A stretch of DNA of 64,000 nt. It comes from Hydrolagus colliei. Lineage: Eukaryota. The stretch spans positions 1,550,001 through 1,614,000 of the forward strand of contig CM068747.1 in assembly GCA_035084275.1 (NCBI GenBank), given 5' to 3'. The translations under genes and the position numbers were made by a program. Below the pieces are notes generated by a model. The model worked only from the letters and a program-made list of their open reading frames with translations. It did no database searches and was not told where the DNA came from. Positions 23,401 through 48,192 of the stretch are shown piece after piece. Numbering within the stretch: the first letter of the stretch is position 1; each line of letters starts with the position of its first letter.

Positions 23401-26400
23401 CCAGGAGGCTGAGGCTTAATTGTAGCATCTCAATTCATACCCCAGCTGAGATCAAGGAACACGGTAGAGGCTAGGAATTGTTTTGGCCTTTGTTTTGTGG
23501 TCAACTGGCGTGGTCATCTGACACACGTGGACACCCACCACTACGCTTACGATTATCTGAACCCAGCTGAGCATTCCACATGTGTTCAACACCTACACAT
23601 GGATTTTTCCCCTGTGCCTGGAAGGGAACGCGCACTCTTATCCCTGGAGAGTCGCACCATTCTTACCAAATTCCAGTTAATGCTAGAGGAGCAGGTTAAC
23701 GAGAGGCAAGGCTTGTGCATTCCAGAGTATGCATTGGGCTGGAGTTTTTAACTAAATAGAAACAACATGGCTTTCCATTGAACGCACTTTGTCAAATCTG
23801 TCCAGCTAGAATCACTGTAGAATCTACTGTAACGGTTAGGGCTTTGGTCAACATGGTTAACAGGAGCCAGATTCCTGTCCCAGTAAAGACCGTTGGCTTT
23901 CTAGTCTGTAGGACTTTGTAACATCCTCAAATTTTTATACTGTTCATTTTTTCAGAAGTTTTCTTATCGGTTATTTTGACAAAACCAAACTATTTTCATA
24001 AGCAGCGCTTGAGAAGGTCCTGATATGGATCAATTATTATTGTTGGCTGTCGTGTATGGAAGGTGAAAGGGATCGAATGTACTTAGTTTTTTACCTGACA
24101 TTGTCTGCCTTGCAGTTTAGAGTACCAGGATCCTCCACGCGTGCAGTACTGACCGGGCTGTCTACAGGGTCACAGTACAATATTATTGTAGAAGCTTTGA
24201 AAGGACACTTGAAACAAAAAATTCTGGAGGAAATCATCACCGGGGGCGATTCTTGTAAGTATTTCATTTTTTAAAATATTAAAACTCCAGCCTGTCTGGC
24301 TGAAACTTGGGTCTTCCTCCCTCGGCAGCACTTTACTAATACGAGGAGATGCGGCAATGAGTAGTGGAAGAAGTTTTCCTGTTCCCAAGGCTTCCATGCC
24401 ACAAAGGAAAAGTCTGATTCATATGGAAACCTGGATCCAGTGTTAATTTTTATCCTGTCAGATATTCTACAGTCTGATTCTCAAAGTTGGCCTTCCACAG
24501 GATCTTCTTTTCCAGGCTGGGACCAGTCCTATTGCCTCCCGAGAGCAGGGTTGCCAGCCATCGTGCTGTAATGCGTTCTTGTTAATTTGCAGACAGGAAA
24601 TTTTACAAAAAGTTGGCCGTGACACCAGTGGTACCGTCCTTTACTCTGTTGTAACGGCTTTTCACCTCGGAGAGGGTTTAAATCTTCACGGTTTATTGTC
24701 TCCACATTACTGCCTTGTTCTTATCGTTGCATTACAATGAAGAACAGTAACATTTGGAACAGATTGACCTATCCCGTACATTTCCATTAAAATTCTGGCA
24801 GTTTCAATCTCCGAGCCCTGAGACAATGCAGCAAGCCAACTTTCTGTCCACAGGACAGCTGCTCCAACCCTATATAGTCAGCCTGAATTACTGTGTAGCA
24901 ATTTTCTCCTCATGCCAATAGCATGGAAATTGACACCCTTTAAAAAAAACAGTGACTGCTTCAGGGCAATTCAAGGATATAACCAAGTACAGGCCAGCCT
25001 TATTGTAGTTTGGTCACAAACTCAAACCCTGTGAGATAACAGAGAGTGTTCCACTCAGAAAATGGTCGAGACTTTCAGGTTAACAGATTATGACATGGAT
25101 GTCACTTTCTGATCATGTATCTGCCCAAAGAGCTGGCAGTTACTCCTGCGAGCATTTCTACTTGGCTTACTTTAAACCACTTCCTTTTGTCCTACCTCTC
25201 CCCACACCCTCGACCCGAAATCTCCTGCACCGTAGAATAATACCTTCCACAAGGAAGGGTTAAGAGGAGCCGGTACATCCAGAGGGTGGTGGGGTTCGCA
25301 AGGCAGTATTTGTATTGGCCGCATTTCACACAAATCTCAAGTCGATCCTGTGAAAAGGCAAAGCCTGAGGTGGGCTTCAGGCAGTTTGGAAAGGCACTTG
25401 TGTGTGGTTTAGTTCATGGTTCCCAATTCAGTAACATGTTTTTCTTTTATGCGACAGCTTCTGAAGATTACTCTCCCATCTCCAGCATGGACGACTCCTG
25501 CTATGACAGTGCCACTGGCTCCTACTACACAGTGGGCCAGGAGTGGGAACGCATGTCTGAAACTGGCTTCAAACTTTGGTGCAAATGCTTAGGCTATGGA
25601 AGTGGTCATTTCAGATGTGATTCATCCAGTGAGTAATTTGCTGGGATTCACCCCATTTTTTTTACACACAAGTGTGCCTGGCCATGTTTGACAAAGTGTT
25701 TCCGCTGCGCAGATTGCCGAAATTCACACAAACATGGGCGAGGCACTGGATACGCGTGAGTGTATTCATGTGGAATGAAAATGTGCTTGCATTGGACCCT
25801 TAAATGTTCTGGGTCAATGCAAGCTTTAAGCCTCCTGTCCTCATACCGTAGCTCCATTGTGTCAAGCGACTCTGCAATGAGCTGAGATGACCACTTGACA
25901 TGCGATCTTAATGGTCACATGGGGAAATATTTTGCGTCTACAGCTTTGGAAAAAAAAAAGGAGCCACGTATAAGTTCATCCCAACGATCCACTGGCTCTC
26001 AATGCCCTGTGTGTGTGAGGAACAATTCAAGCTATTCCTAGATTGTTTAATGAGATGATAGAAATGATGGTAGAAACGAGGCCAACAAATCTACGCTGGT
26101 GTGACCTCTTATAATGATAAGTCAAATTCTTACACTCAAAATTCATTTTGAAGCTGGTTTTCTGTTAAGAATTGGTGGAAACATTTGCAGAAAAAACACC
26201 ATCAAAGACAGAAAAACAGACATTCAAAAACTGACATAAAATAAAAGAATTGCTGACAAAGCATCCTTGGACCCAGTCTGCCCCATGACCCAAACAGACT
26301 TTTTGTCTATATTTCAACATGTCTGTGCATTACATTATTTAAAATGTTGGAGATGGGGGGGAGTAAAGAGAGTGTTTGGGGGGAGAATGGGGGTTGGACT

Positions 26401-29400
26401 AGAAGAGCTCGGGGGGGAATGCAGGAACTGACCACGAAAGTGGCAGCAACATGTGTTTGAAATTAGTTGCCGAATATGGGAAAAATTATACCATATTGTT
26501 AAACAGTCTTGCAAAATGATTGCTTCAGGCTACACTGGCTACATTTGCCATGAAAACGGTCCAATATGCTGAAAGCGAGTCTTGTGATTATTGGATTCTT
26601 CCTGGGGAGTGGGTGGTGGATGGGGGGGGGGGGGGGGGGAACAGAGGGAAAAAAGTGTGTGTGGGTTGGGAAGGTTGGTGGAATACTATTAAGACAGTAC
26701 AATTTACATTTAGATATAGTGCCGTTCACATCAGGAGCACATTCAGAGTACTTTACTATCCTGGCTGACGGTGGGGAGTGTGCGGGGGGGGGGGAGTGGA
26801 GGGGTGGGGAGGAAATGTGACCGAAAGAATGGTCAAAGGGACGTTTTGAAAGGTATTTTAAAAGAGGGGAAGGAGGGAGCGAGTGAGTCAGAAGGGCTTG
26901 GGATGGAGTCCAACCAAGACTAACGCAGATACAGTACAGTTGTACATGTCTGGGCTATAATGATCTGATCTGAATACTGCAAGCGTTTTCTGTATTGGGT
27001 TCCTCTGGAGACCTCTGATGTTCTCCACAATGTTCTACTGTTTATAAAAACATGTGTTTCTTCTTCTTTTAAAAAAAAACTTTCCATGAGGAACGTGTGG
27101 CTGTGGTCAGGAAAAGTATTCCTGAGTGTTTTCAATACAGCATTATAGTAATAGAAACTGGCACTCCAGGCAAGCTTCTGGGTGTTTGGATGTCAAAAAT
27201 TCAAGGCTATGACCTTGCCATGGGACAGCTATATTGGAAGGTGGGTGATACAATGTCTTAAAGTAAATGATGGAGGACATAACTATACCGAACCTGGAAA
27301 TGATCCATTTGCTTCGTGGCTAGAGATGGAATATGCTACCCGTGTTCACCTTCCATGGCTAAACCGTGTGTTTGTTCCTTCTCTCTTCCCTCGCGCAGAG
27401 TGGTGCCATGACAGTGGCATGAACTACAAGGTGGGCGAGAAGTGGAACCGCCAGAGTGAGACGGGTCAGATGGTCAGCTGCACTTGCCTGGGCAATGGAA
27501 AGGGAGAATACTCGTGCGAGCCTCGTAAGTGGATCGTCTGTTAAACCGCTCCTCCTCTCTGGTGGTGGTCCCTCAAGAGGTTGAAGGGAATGCCTCGGGA
27601 AGAGTTCCTGACGTGACAGGCGCTATATGAAAGGCACAATTTGTTGTTGTTGTTGACTAAAGCAATTGCGAACTCTTTATTATTTTATTAGCCTTTTGCG
27701 GTGGTCACTCTCTGGAACTCCATCCCACAATCCCTCTGCTTCGCCATCTCCCGTGCCTTCTTCAACACCCTCCTCTTTGTGACAGTTTCTTTAGTCGTCC
27801 ACCTACCCCTGCCCTCCCCCGCTCTCCACTCCTGATCCCAACCAGCAGCTCGGGTCCAGATTTGCTAGTTCCTTGGCATGTCCTCCTGACGTGAAAGGTG
27901 CTATACAAACATCATTTGTTGCTGTTGTTGTCCATATGCACGGGGATTCTTGCAGAGACGTGACACAAAGGTTTCAGCTGTGGATTTGCAGCGTTGGCAC
28001 CAATCCGACTCTCCCCAAACCTTGCCAACCTGCGCCTAATACATTGCTCAGGCAGCTTGCTTATCTCCCTGTCAGTCAATCCCCAGTAGCACTAGTGAGT
28101 GAAACAAACCCAAAAGGTGCCCTTTCAGAGTTGCCAAGAGCTTCTGTTCTTTTTGGTTCTTACCTTGGGATCCTAATGTGACCGTACCTTCTGCTCCCAG
28201 ATGAAGCCACTTGTTACGATGAAGGAAACCTGTACAATGTAGGTGAACAGTGGCAGAAGGAATACCTCGGGACCATCTGCACTTGCACATGCCTTGGAGG
28301 GCGACAGGTACGTTTGAGTTCGGGGATTTTCGTTGCTGTTGTGTAACCTTTTTTACTCCCAAACGAACACTTTGCAGGGCCGTCAAAGTAACAACTACCA
28401 GGGTAACTTTTATAAGTGTAATATTAATGCTTGATAGGGAGTCCAGCTTCACTCTGCAGCGCTGTTCACCTAAGACCTGATTTGAGAGGAACCACATTGC
28501 AGGTGGCAAATTCCATAGGAATTCCTTTATTGCCAAAAAAAACCCAGTAGTACGTCATGCCGTATTTCAAGCCTTCCTGTTACGTGAGGGTTCTTCCTGA
28601 AGGGGAACATGACATGTATGATGGTACTAGGATTCCTTCCCCAGGAATCCCCTTCCAACCCTCACACATAAGTGCGTTCAATCAAACCTGCGATGGATGG
28701 GTTGCAAATTCTCTGCCGGTGGCTATGAGGTTTTGAAGTAAAACCTATTCAGATGGATCAACCCGGGAGTAAGATACCCGGGGGGTGGGAAGCGAAGTAT
28801 CTAAAGTTGCGAAAAGAGGCCAGAGAGAGAGAGAGAAACTTCCGCCTCCCGACAGCCGTCTTATCTCACACGCAAACGCCTCATTCTAGCCTGACCGTGG
28901 GACAGATAATGATAACGCAAATTGAATGGTGTGGAATTGTGTGGTAACTGGTTTCTCCCTCTCCTTCTTCTTCTTCCAGGCTTGGAGCTGTGAGAATTGC
29001 CGTAGTCCCAATGTAGATACCTTGCTGGGAAGCACGCATTCTCAGTCTTCAGAGTCTGCCAACCGAATGCCCATAATTATCCCATCAAAATTCGGATCAA
29101 GATACGTGCTCATCAATGTACGAAACCGAAACTCTTTTGTGACACTTCAGTGATTTGGCGACATAGACTAGCAGCTCCCACACTTTTTTTTAATCTACAG
29201 CAAGGACTCTGTTCACAAACGGCATCATCAAAACTATTCACAAGTGTCTCAGACATTCAGTGTCTTCACAAAGGCATCACTGTGCAGACACCTCAGGAAG
29301 CATGATCCAGCTAAATTTCCCCCCCTCCCCCACCCTGTCTCCATCCCCGTAACCACCTTAAAACAATGCTTGAAATTTGGCTATAAAATATATATGTACA

Positions 29401-30362
29401 TATTTTTGAAACGGGAATAGAAAAATTTACCCTGACACGTTTTGAAAATATTCAGCGTCTTGTGAAGAGCTAAACATCTGGATCTGATAGAGGATTTCAG
29501 AATGCAACCTAGAGAACATTCTTAGCACGGTCCAACATACAAGGGACAGGGATTTTTCCCTTTCAATAATTAAATGGGCCTTCACTTTTTATGGCTGTTG
29601 TGGAACATTGTTGAGCTCAAATTGGCTGCTGCACTCAGCTGCAAATATTTGCTTTTTACATTTTAAAAAGAGTAAAATCGTTTTGTGAAGCACTTTGAAA
29701 TGCCACTTTGATAATATGCATCGCCCTAGTTAAAGGTTAATGCTGACCAGCAGTGAATATATTCACTGTGCTATGGAGAAGATTGGTTTCCACATATGTA
29801 ATGCAGGTCTTAGTCCACTAAGATCAAGAGTTTTTCTTAAATAATTCATTGATTCCATCTATATTCCATATCCTGGCTTTCTTCGCAATCTGTTTTGGCT
29901 CTAGGTTAATATTTGCCAGGGTCTGCGCTAAAATTGCTCTTCACACACACACACATATCCTCTCCTGCCCACTCTAAATCTTGCCTCAGAAATCCCTAGC
30001 ATTCTATGATACTGAGAGTGATATTTGAATCTGTACAATTCACCTATTCGCTTCAGGAGGTGGTGGGGTTCTTAAAGATAAAACACTTGAGATATCTTCC
30101 ATCTGCACACCCTTGAGGGAGATGGGAATAGCTGGGTGGAGCAGGGGTATTAGAGGGACAGTCAGGATTTGAACCCAAGCTGGGGGAGGGGGTTGGTGGG
30201 GGGCTGGGGTCAGGATCAGGAAGGCTAAAAAAGGTGACTGAAGGCACCCAACTCAACTCAACTGATGCTTTTTTTTCTAAATACTTGCGTTTCTTTTTGC
30301 AGCAAATCCAATGCCCCATCGAGTGCCTCGAGCCGAGGGAACAGCAGGCTGACGGGGAATAA
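216..30362 (+). CDS. FN1: Fibronectin 1, 5'-truncated by window edge; 32 spliced exons (FNIII-2 to C-terminus; human exons 15-46 equivalents)
   Basis: Successive AG/GT-bounded exons with consistent phases translate to FNIII-2..7, EDB, III8-11 ([11 protein letters not shown]), EDA, III12-14, V, III15, FNI-10..12 and the CPIEC dimerisation tail; neighbour of ATIC as in other vertebrates. Confidence 0.98.
880..1005 (+). CDS. FN1: FN1 exon, FNIII-2 second half
   Basis: cccag|AC..ACTG|gtaaa; [21 protein letters not shown]. Confidence 0.95.
1173..1262 (+). CDS. FN1: FN1 exon, FNIII-3 first half
   Basis: tccag|CA..ACAG|gtact; [30 protein letters not shown]. Confidence 0.95.
1472..1666 (+). CDS. 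FN1: FN1 exon, FNIII-3 second half
   Basis: gaag|GT..CAAG|gtacg; [31 protein letters not shown]. Confidence 0.93.
3299..3568 (+). CDS. FN1: FN1 exon, FNIII-4
   Basis: tccag|GC..ACCA|gtaag; [29 protein letters not shown]. Confidence 0.95.
4774..5040 (+). CDS. FN1: FN1 exon, FNIII-5
   Basis: aatag|AA..ACCT|gtgag; [23 protein letters not shown]. Confidence 0.93.
5450..5544 (+). CDS. FN1: FN1 exon, FNIII-6 first half
   Basis: tacag|TG..CAGG|gtgag; [19 protein letters not shown]. Confidence 0.93.
5816..5945 (-). mobile_element. 3' fragment of tRNA-derived DeuSINE-type SINE
   Basis: (AAT)n-CCTTGCATTTGATA..AAAGCGCTTCACAGAATATACTGTAAAGTGAATTGACTG, shared with full copies. Confidence 0.8.
5979..6147 (+). 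CDS. FN1: FN1 exon, FNIII-6 second half
   Basis: gttag|GTG..ACCG|gtgag; [24 protein letters not shown]. Confidence 0.95.
6718..6804 (+). CDS. FN1: FN1 exon, FNIII-7 first half
   Basis: cacag|AG..CCAG|gtaac; [22 protein letters not shown]. Confidence 0.95.
7812..8006 (+). CDS. FN1: FN1 exon, FNIII-7 second half
   Basis: tgtag|GT..CAAG|gtaaa; [21 protein letters not shown]. Confidence 0.95.
8879..9151 (+). CDS. FN1: FN1 alternatively spliced extra domain B (EDB/EIIIB) exon, 273 nt
   Basis: attag|AC..ACTG|gtgaa; [48 protein letters not shown], closely matching tetrapod EDB. Confidence 0.97.
10024..10343 (+). mobile_element. Full-length tRNA-derived SINE (Deu-like core, L2-like tail)
   Basis: A box TAGCTCAGTGG, B box GGTTCAACTCC, core GCAATTGGCTGCC, tail ..AAAAGCGCTAT..(ATT)n. 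Confidence 0.88.
10378..10490 (-). mobile_element. SINE tail fragment
   Basis: Inverted copy of the same tail. Confidence 0.65.
10840..11022 (+). CDS. FN1: FN1 exon, FNIII-8 first half
   Basis: tgcag|TG..ACAG|gtaaa; [17 protein letters not shown]. Confidence 0.95.
11103..11280 (-). mobile_element. SINE 3' half
   Basis: Same family tail and core. Confidence 0.8.
11398..11487 (+). CDS. FN1: FN1 exon, FNIII-8 second half
   Basis: ttcag|AT..ACAG|gtatg; [21 protein letters not shown]. Confidence 0.95.
12252..12518 (+). CDS. FN1: FN1 exon, FNIII-9 (synergy site PGSRN)
   Basis: cctag|GC..ACAA|gtaag; [25 protein letters not shown]. Confidence 0.96.
12607..12775 (-). mobile_element. SINE 3' half
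   Basis: Same family tail and core. Confidence 0.75.
13078..13260 (-). mobile_element. CR1-type LINE 3' end fragment
   Basis: CATAGAAT..AGAAGGAGGCCATT..CCCAT, reverse complement of the CR1 tails at 52.7 and 58.2 kb. Confidence 0.55.
13338..13454 (+). CDS. FN1: FN1 exon, FNIII-10 first half
   Basis: tccag|CT..ACAG|gtcag; [23 protein letters not shown] (not in ORF track). Confidence 0.95.
13770..13960 (-). mobile_element. L2-clade LINE ORF2 fragment
   Basis: Translates as ..[20 protein letters not shown].., typical of L2 RT (WM..NFLQLN.DKTE). Confidence 0.7.
14222..14386 (+). CDS. FN1: FN1 exon, FNIII-10 second half with RGD (14335-14343)
   Basis: catag|GA..ACAG|gtagg; [17 protein letters not shown]. 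Confidence 0.97.
14711..14866 (+). CDS. FN1: FN1 exon, FNIII-11 first half
   Basis: tacag|AG..GCGG|gtcag; [23 protein letters not shown]. Confidence 0.93.
14951..15142. mobile_element. Degenerate MITE-like element with ~20-bp terminal inverted repeats
   Basis: GGGGCAAAATTCCACGTGGG / CCCAGGTGGAATTTTACCTC. Confidence 0.5.
15799..15912 (+). CDS. FN1: FN1 exon, FNIII-11 second half
   Basis: tccag|AT..ACCA|gtatg; [27 protein letters not shown]. Confidence 0.95.
16818..17087 (+). CDS. FN1: FN1 alternatively spliced extra domain A (EDA/EIIIA) exon, 270 nt
   Basis: cgcag|CC..ACAG|gtatg; [40 protein letters not shown]. Confidence 0.97.
18448..18487. repeat. (GCCCT)n pentanucleotide repeat
   Basis: Direct reading. 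Confidence 0.9.
18873..19060 (+). CDS. FN1: FN1 exon, FNIII-12 first half
   Basis: cgcag|CC..ATG|gtgag; [26 protein letters not shown]. Confidence 0.96.
19264..19351 (+). CDS. FN1: FN1 exon, FNIII-12 second half
   Basis: ctcag|GTT..GACA|gtacg; [23 protein letters not shown]. Confidence 0.95.
19482..19661 (+). CDS. FN1: FN1 exon, FNIII-13 first half (HepII, PRRVR)
   Basis: cttag|AC..ACCG|gtaaa; [27 protein letters not shown]. Confidence 0.95.
20215..20304 (+). CDS. FN1: FN1 exon, FNIII-13 second half
   Basis: ctcag|GC..ACCG|gtgag; [22 protein letters not shown]. Confidence 0.94.
20320..20480 (-). mobile_element. SINE 3' half
   Basis: Same family tail and core. Confidence 0.75.
20788..20967 (+). 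CDS. FN1: FN1 exon, FNIII-14 first half
   Basis: tttag|GT..CCAG|gtaca; [22 protein letters not shown]. Confidence 0.95.
21109..21198 (+). CDS. FN1: FN1 exon, FNIII-14 second half
   Basis: aacag|GT..ACAG|gtaag; [29 protein letters not shown]. Confidence 0.95.
22575..23140 (+). CDS. FN1: FN1 exon, variable (V/IIICS) region plus FNIII-15 first half
   Basis: Branch-like cctaac and pyrimidine tract, ctcaag|CC; [34 protein letters not shown]|gtaat; 5' end could be an alternative in-frame AG (22538). Confidence 0.88.
24116..24254 (+). CDS. FN1: FN1 exon, FNIII-15 second half
   Basis: tgcag|TTT..TCTT|gtaag; [24 protein letters not shown]. Confidence 0.96.
25458..25628 (+). CDS. FN1: FN1 exon, FNI-10
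   Basis: gacag|CT..TCCA|gtgag; [34 protein letters not shown]. Confidence 0.96.
27399..27524 (+). CDS. FN1: FN1 exon, FNI-11
   Basis: cgcag|AG..CCTC|gtaag; [26 protein letters not shown]. Confidence 0.97.
27690..27932 (+). mobile_element. L2-clade LINE 3' end
   Basis: CTCTGGAACTCCATCCCAC.. and tail GACGTGAAAGGTGCTATACAAA..(GTT)n. Confidence 0.7.
28201..28307 (+). CDS. FN1: FN1 exon, FNI-12
   Basis: cccag|AT..CAG|gtacg; [33 protein letters not shown]. Confidence 0.96.
28980..29117 (+). CDS. FN1: FN1 penultimate exon (end of FNI-12 plus linker)
   Basis: tccag|GCT; AWSCENCR..; phase-0 donor AAT|gtacg inferred. Confidence 0.82.
30303..30362 (+). CDS. FN1: FN1 last coding exon with dimerisation cysteines
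   Basis: tgcag|CAA; [22 protein letters not shown]. Confidence 0.95.
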   Translation, partial: QIQCPIECLEPREQQADGE

Positions 30363-30701
30363 GTCTTGAAAGCACTGAAGTGACAGCCGAACTGCTGCGC
30401 TGCTACCTAAACACCAAATCTATCGAGCTTCCAGATTGTGTGTCTGCCTGTATGTGTGTCTGTGCGCGAGCTTGCGTGAGAGAGAAACAAAAGAGAGAAT
30501 GCATGCACCCAAATACCTTTCGCCAGCTTCAGCACAGCTCCCCATCACAGCCTGCCTCCCAGCGTTCGAGTTCGACAGGCTGTCAGCTGAAGGCTTTAGT
30601 GACTGGGTTTAAATTACTGAAGACCTTGCAATTTTTTTTTATTTTGGTTTCCTTGAAACACCATTCAGTATTACAATCCCAACCCAAATGCATAGGGTCC
30701 C

Positions 30702-30737
<36 letters not shown>

Positions 30738-31175
30738 AACAGAGAGAAAGAGATAGACAGTAGAGAGTGAACCCGTTGTGAGGCTATGCAGTTCTCCCAT
30801 CCCCATGTCATTATTGTTTTGTACAATGAGTTAAATGATCATCACTGCTGTTAATTTTCAGAAATGCACACCTTTCTACGCATTAACCTACAAACATCAT
30901 CAGGACTAACTGAGTGTTTACATTGATTGATGTTGTAATTTTCTAGCTGTAACCGTAAGGAGCTGTTATTTATCAAAACTTCTTTCCATGCAGTGTTTTT
31001 TTTTACCAAACTTTTTTTTTATACTGTACACAAACTCAAAAACAAAGGGTGAAATCTGACAAACTTTTTTTGGGGGGTATAATTTACACGATTGGTGGTG
31101 GGCCTGTTTACAGATGCCAAAGCTTTCTACTGTGGGCAGCCAATTCTGGTTTTAATAAAGATACTTTTTGTTTTA
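30363..31175 (+). other. FN1: FN1 3' UTR (approximate end)
   Basis: Follows the stop codon; ends after AATAAA (31154) with a T-rich downstream element. Confidence 0.7.
31154..31159 (+). terminator. FN1 polyadenylation signal
   Basis: AATAAA preceded by a motif resembling the mammalian FN1 3' end and followed by a T-rich tract. Confidence 0.75.
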
Positions 31176-31438
31176 AAACCCTTACAACTGAGTCGTCGTT
31201 TCACTGGCTTTATACACCACTTTTTCTTTTTATGCCCAGGATCAGATCTCTAAAGCGCGCACATTACAGACACTCGGCTAACATACAACAATTCCTCTTT
31301 CTCTCTCCCCCCCACCCCCCACCACTCCCCTCCATGCCCCACTTCCCCAAATCTCAAGAGTTCACTTCAATGTCCAATTCATTCCCGATGTTCCGGCTTC
31401 CTAAAGATTTCAAAAGATCTGTGTGTGTGTGTGTACTT

Positions 31439-31444
31439 TTTATT
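31439..31444 (-). terminator. ATIC candidate polyadenylation signal
   Basis: TTTATT on + (AATAAA on -), ~145 nt past the ATIC stop. Confidence 0.6.
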
Positions 31445-31587
31445 TCCAAAACAAGATTTGGCCAATTTTTCCCAAATACAAAACACAGGTGGAAAACGCA
31501 AATCATCAGAATGCATCAAACATCAAACACGGAATTGTAACCAATGTCAATAATGCGTTCGCTTGGTCAGTAACTTGTCGCTCGCTC

Positions 31588-46739
<15,152 letters not shown>

Positions 46740-46769
46740 TCCTTAAACTCTTGCTTGTGTCCACTTGAG

Positions 46770-47261
46770 ATGGTTTAGGATTTGTAAAAGCCGCCTTTAT
46801 TCCACGCCCCCCCACCACCACCAGCAGCAGCTCCAGGGATCAATCAGGGCCCACCTTCCACATGTGGTTCTATAAGCCTCTTTCTTGTAGAAAACACAGA
46901 GAGAGAGAGAGAGCCAAAGAGAGAGAGAGAGAGAGAGCAAGCGAGCGCAGTGTTCGTTGGGTAAAATGACAGGGAACTTCCCTTAAAGCCACTCCCCCCC
47001 TCCAATCCTTCACATATGTACAGTTCTAAGACTGCTTTACTAATCGCACGCCTTCGTCGCCTCTGCACCAAACTATTACCGTGCGTTAGATGTTCAGTTA
47101 CAATTCCTTAGGCCAAGTATAACAATAAGAGTATTTACAAATGTTTAGATTTCACTGACATGTTTATTTGAAGATGAAGTCTTTGAAAATCCGCCTTTCC
47201 TTCTGAACAATGATTTCCGTAACCAAACTGATTTCCGTTTACACAAGTTGTTGTTATTGTT

Positions 47262-47296
<35 letters not shown>

Positions 47297-47430
47297 GGAT
47301 CTCTTGCTGTTCATTTGGAGCCAAATCTGTTCGCGTATTTCCAAAGGCAGGTTGGCAGGTCATTAAAGTCACTGTAACCGGTTCCTATCCACACACTGTC
47401 ACTAGTGGAAAATAATCCGCGCGGGAAGCA
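46770..47430 (-). promoter_or_regulatory. Putative ATIC promoter region
   Basis: GC box CCACGCCCC (~46802) next to ATAAA on - strand, palindromic E-box CCACATGTGG (~46858), two TGATTTCCGT ETS-like copies (47211, 47229), GCGCGGGAA E2F-like (~47419). Confidence 0.5.
47247..47297. repeat. (TTG)n microsatellite
   Basis: Direct reading. Confidence 0.95.
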
Positions 47431-47917
47431 AAACAACAACAACAAAATTACATTTGTATAGCGCCTTTCACGTCAGGAGGACGTCCCAAGGCGTTGGACG
47501 GTTACTGCTTCAGACACCAGCTAAGGACAGGGGTGGGAGGGGGGGGTGTGGGGGAAGAGTCGCCGATGGGACCATTGAAGAGGAGAGTCTTAAAGCGAGA
47601 CTTGAAGGAGGCCAGGGAGGGGTCGAGGCGGAGGCACTTTGGGATGGAGTTCTAGAGGTTGGGGGCAGAGTGGCTGAAGGCTCGCCCGCCAATGGTTGGG
47701 GACATGGAGCAGGCTCTGTGGGGAGTCTGCTGAGCGGAGGGGGTGGGCAGATTGGTAAGGGGATAGGAGGTCACAGATGTAGAGGGGGGGGGGGGGGGGG
47801 GGGGGGGGGGGCGCGAGGTTGTGGAGGGTTTTCTATGTGAGGTCCATGATCTTGAATTGGATCCTCTGGGTGATGGGGAGCCAATGGAATCGGGCGAGGA
47901 TGGGGGAGATGGGGTCG
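47431..47917 (-). mobile_element. L2-clade LINE 3' fragment
   Basis: - strand encodes YDPISPILARFHWLPITQRIQFKI..GGRAFSHSAP.LW-like C-terminus, followed by the L2 tail. Confidence 0.85.
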
Positions 47918-48192
47918 TATATTTTATGGGTGAAACGCAGTAGACAATTGCGCACAGCAGCATCCCTAAAACAGTCGTGGATTGAAATAACCAATTTATT
48001 ATTATTAGTTTTTGAAGGAATTATTATCCCCCCAGGCCAATCGAGTAGCAACCGGGTTCCTACTTACTGCTGTATAAACAGAGGTGTGTGGAGTTAGGAA
48101 ACTTGCCCAATGTCTCACCCTACTGGGAATCGAACCAAGATCTCTCTCTTGTTGTGAGGCGAGGATTCCAGGCACTGAGCTGTAGGACTCCA
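47918..48192 (-). mobile_element. SINE 5' portion abutting the L2 fragment
   Basis: Core and tRNA head (GGGAATCGAACC, CACTGAGCTGTAGGACTCC). Confidence 0.8.

Noticed and set aside
47135-47372. PolyQ/polyN ORFs
   Set aside because: Translations of a (TTG)n microsatellite
47783-47811. Long poly-G as a functional G-quadruplex
   Set aside because: Lies inside an L2 fragment; homopolymer length is unreliable and such runs are common in this window
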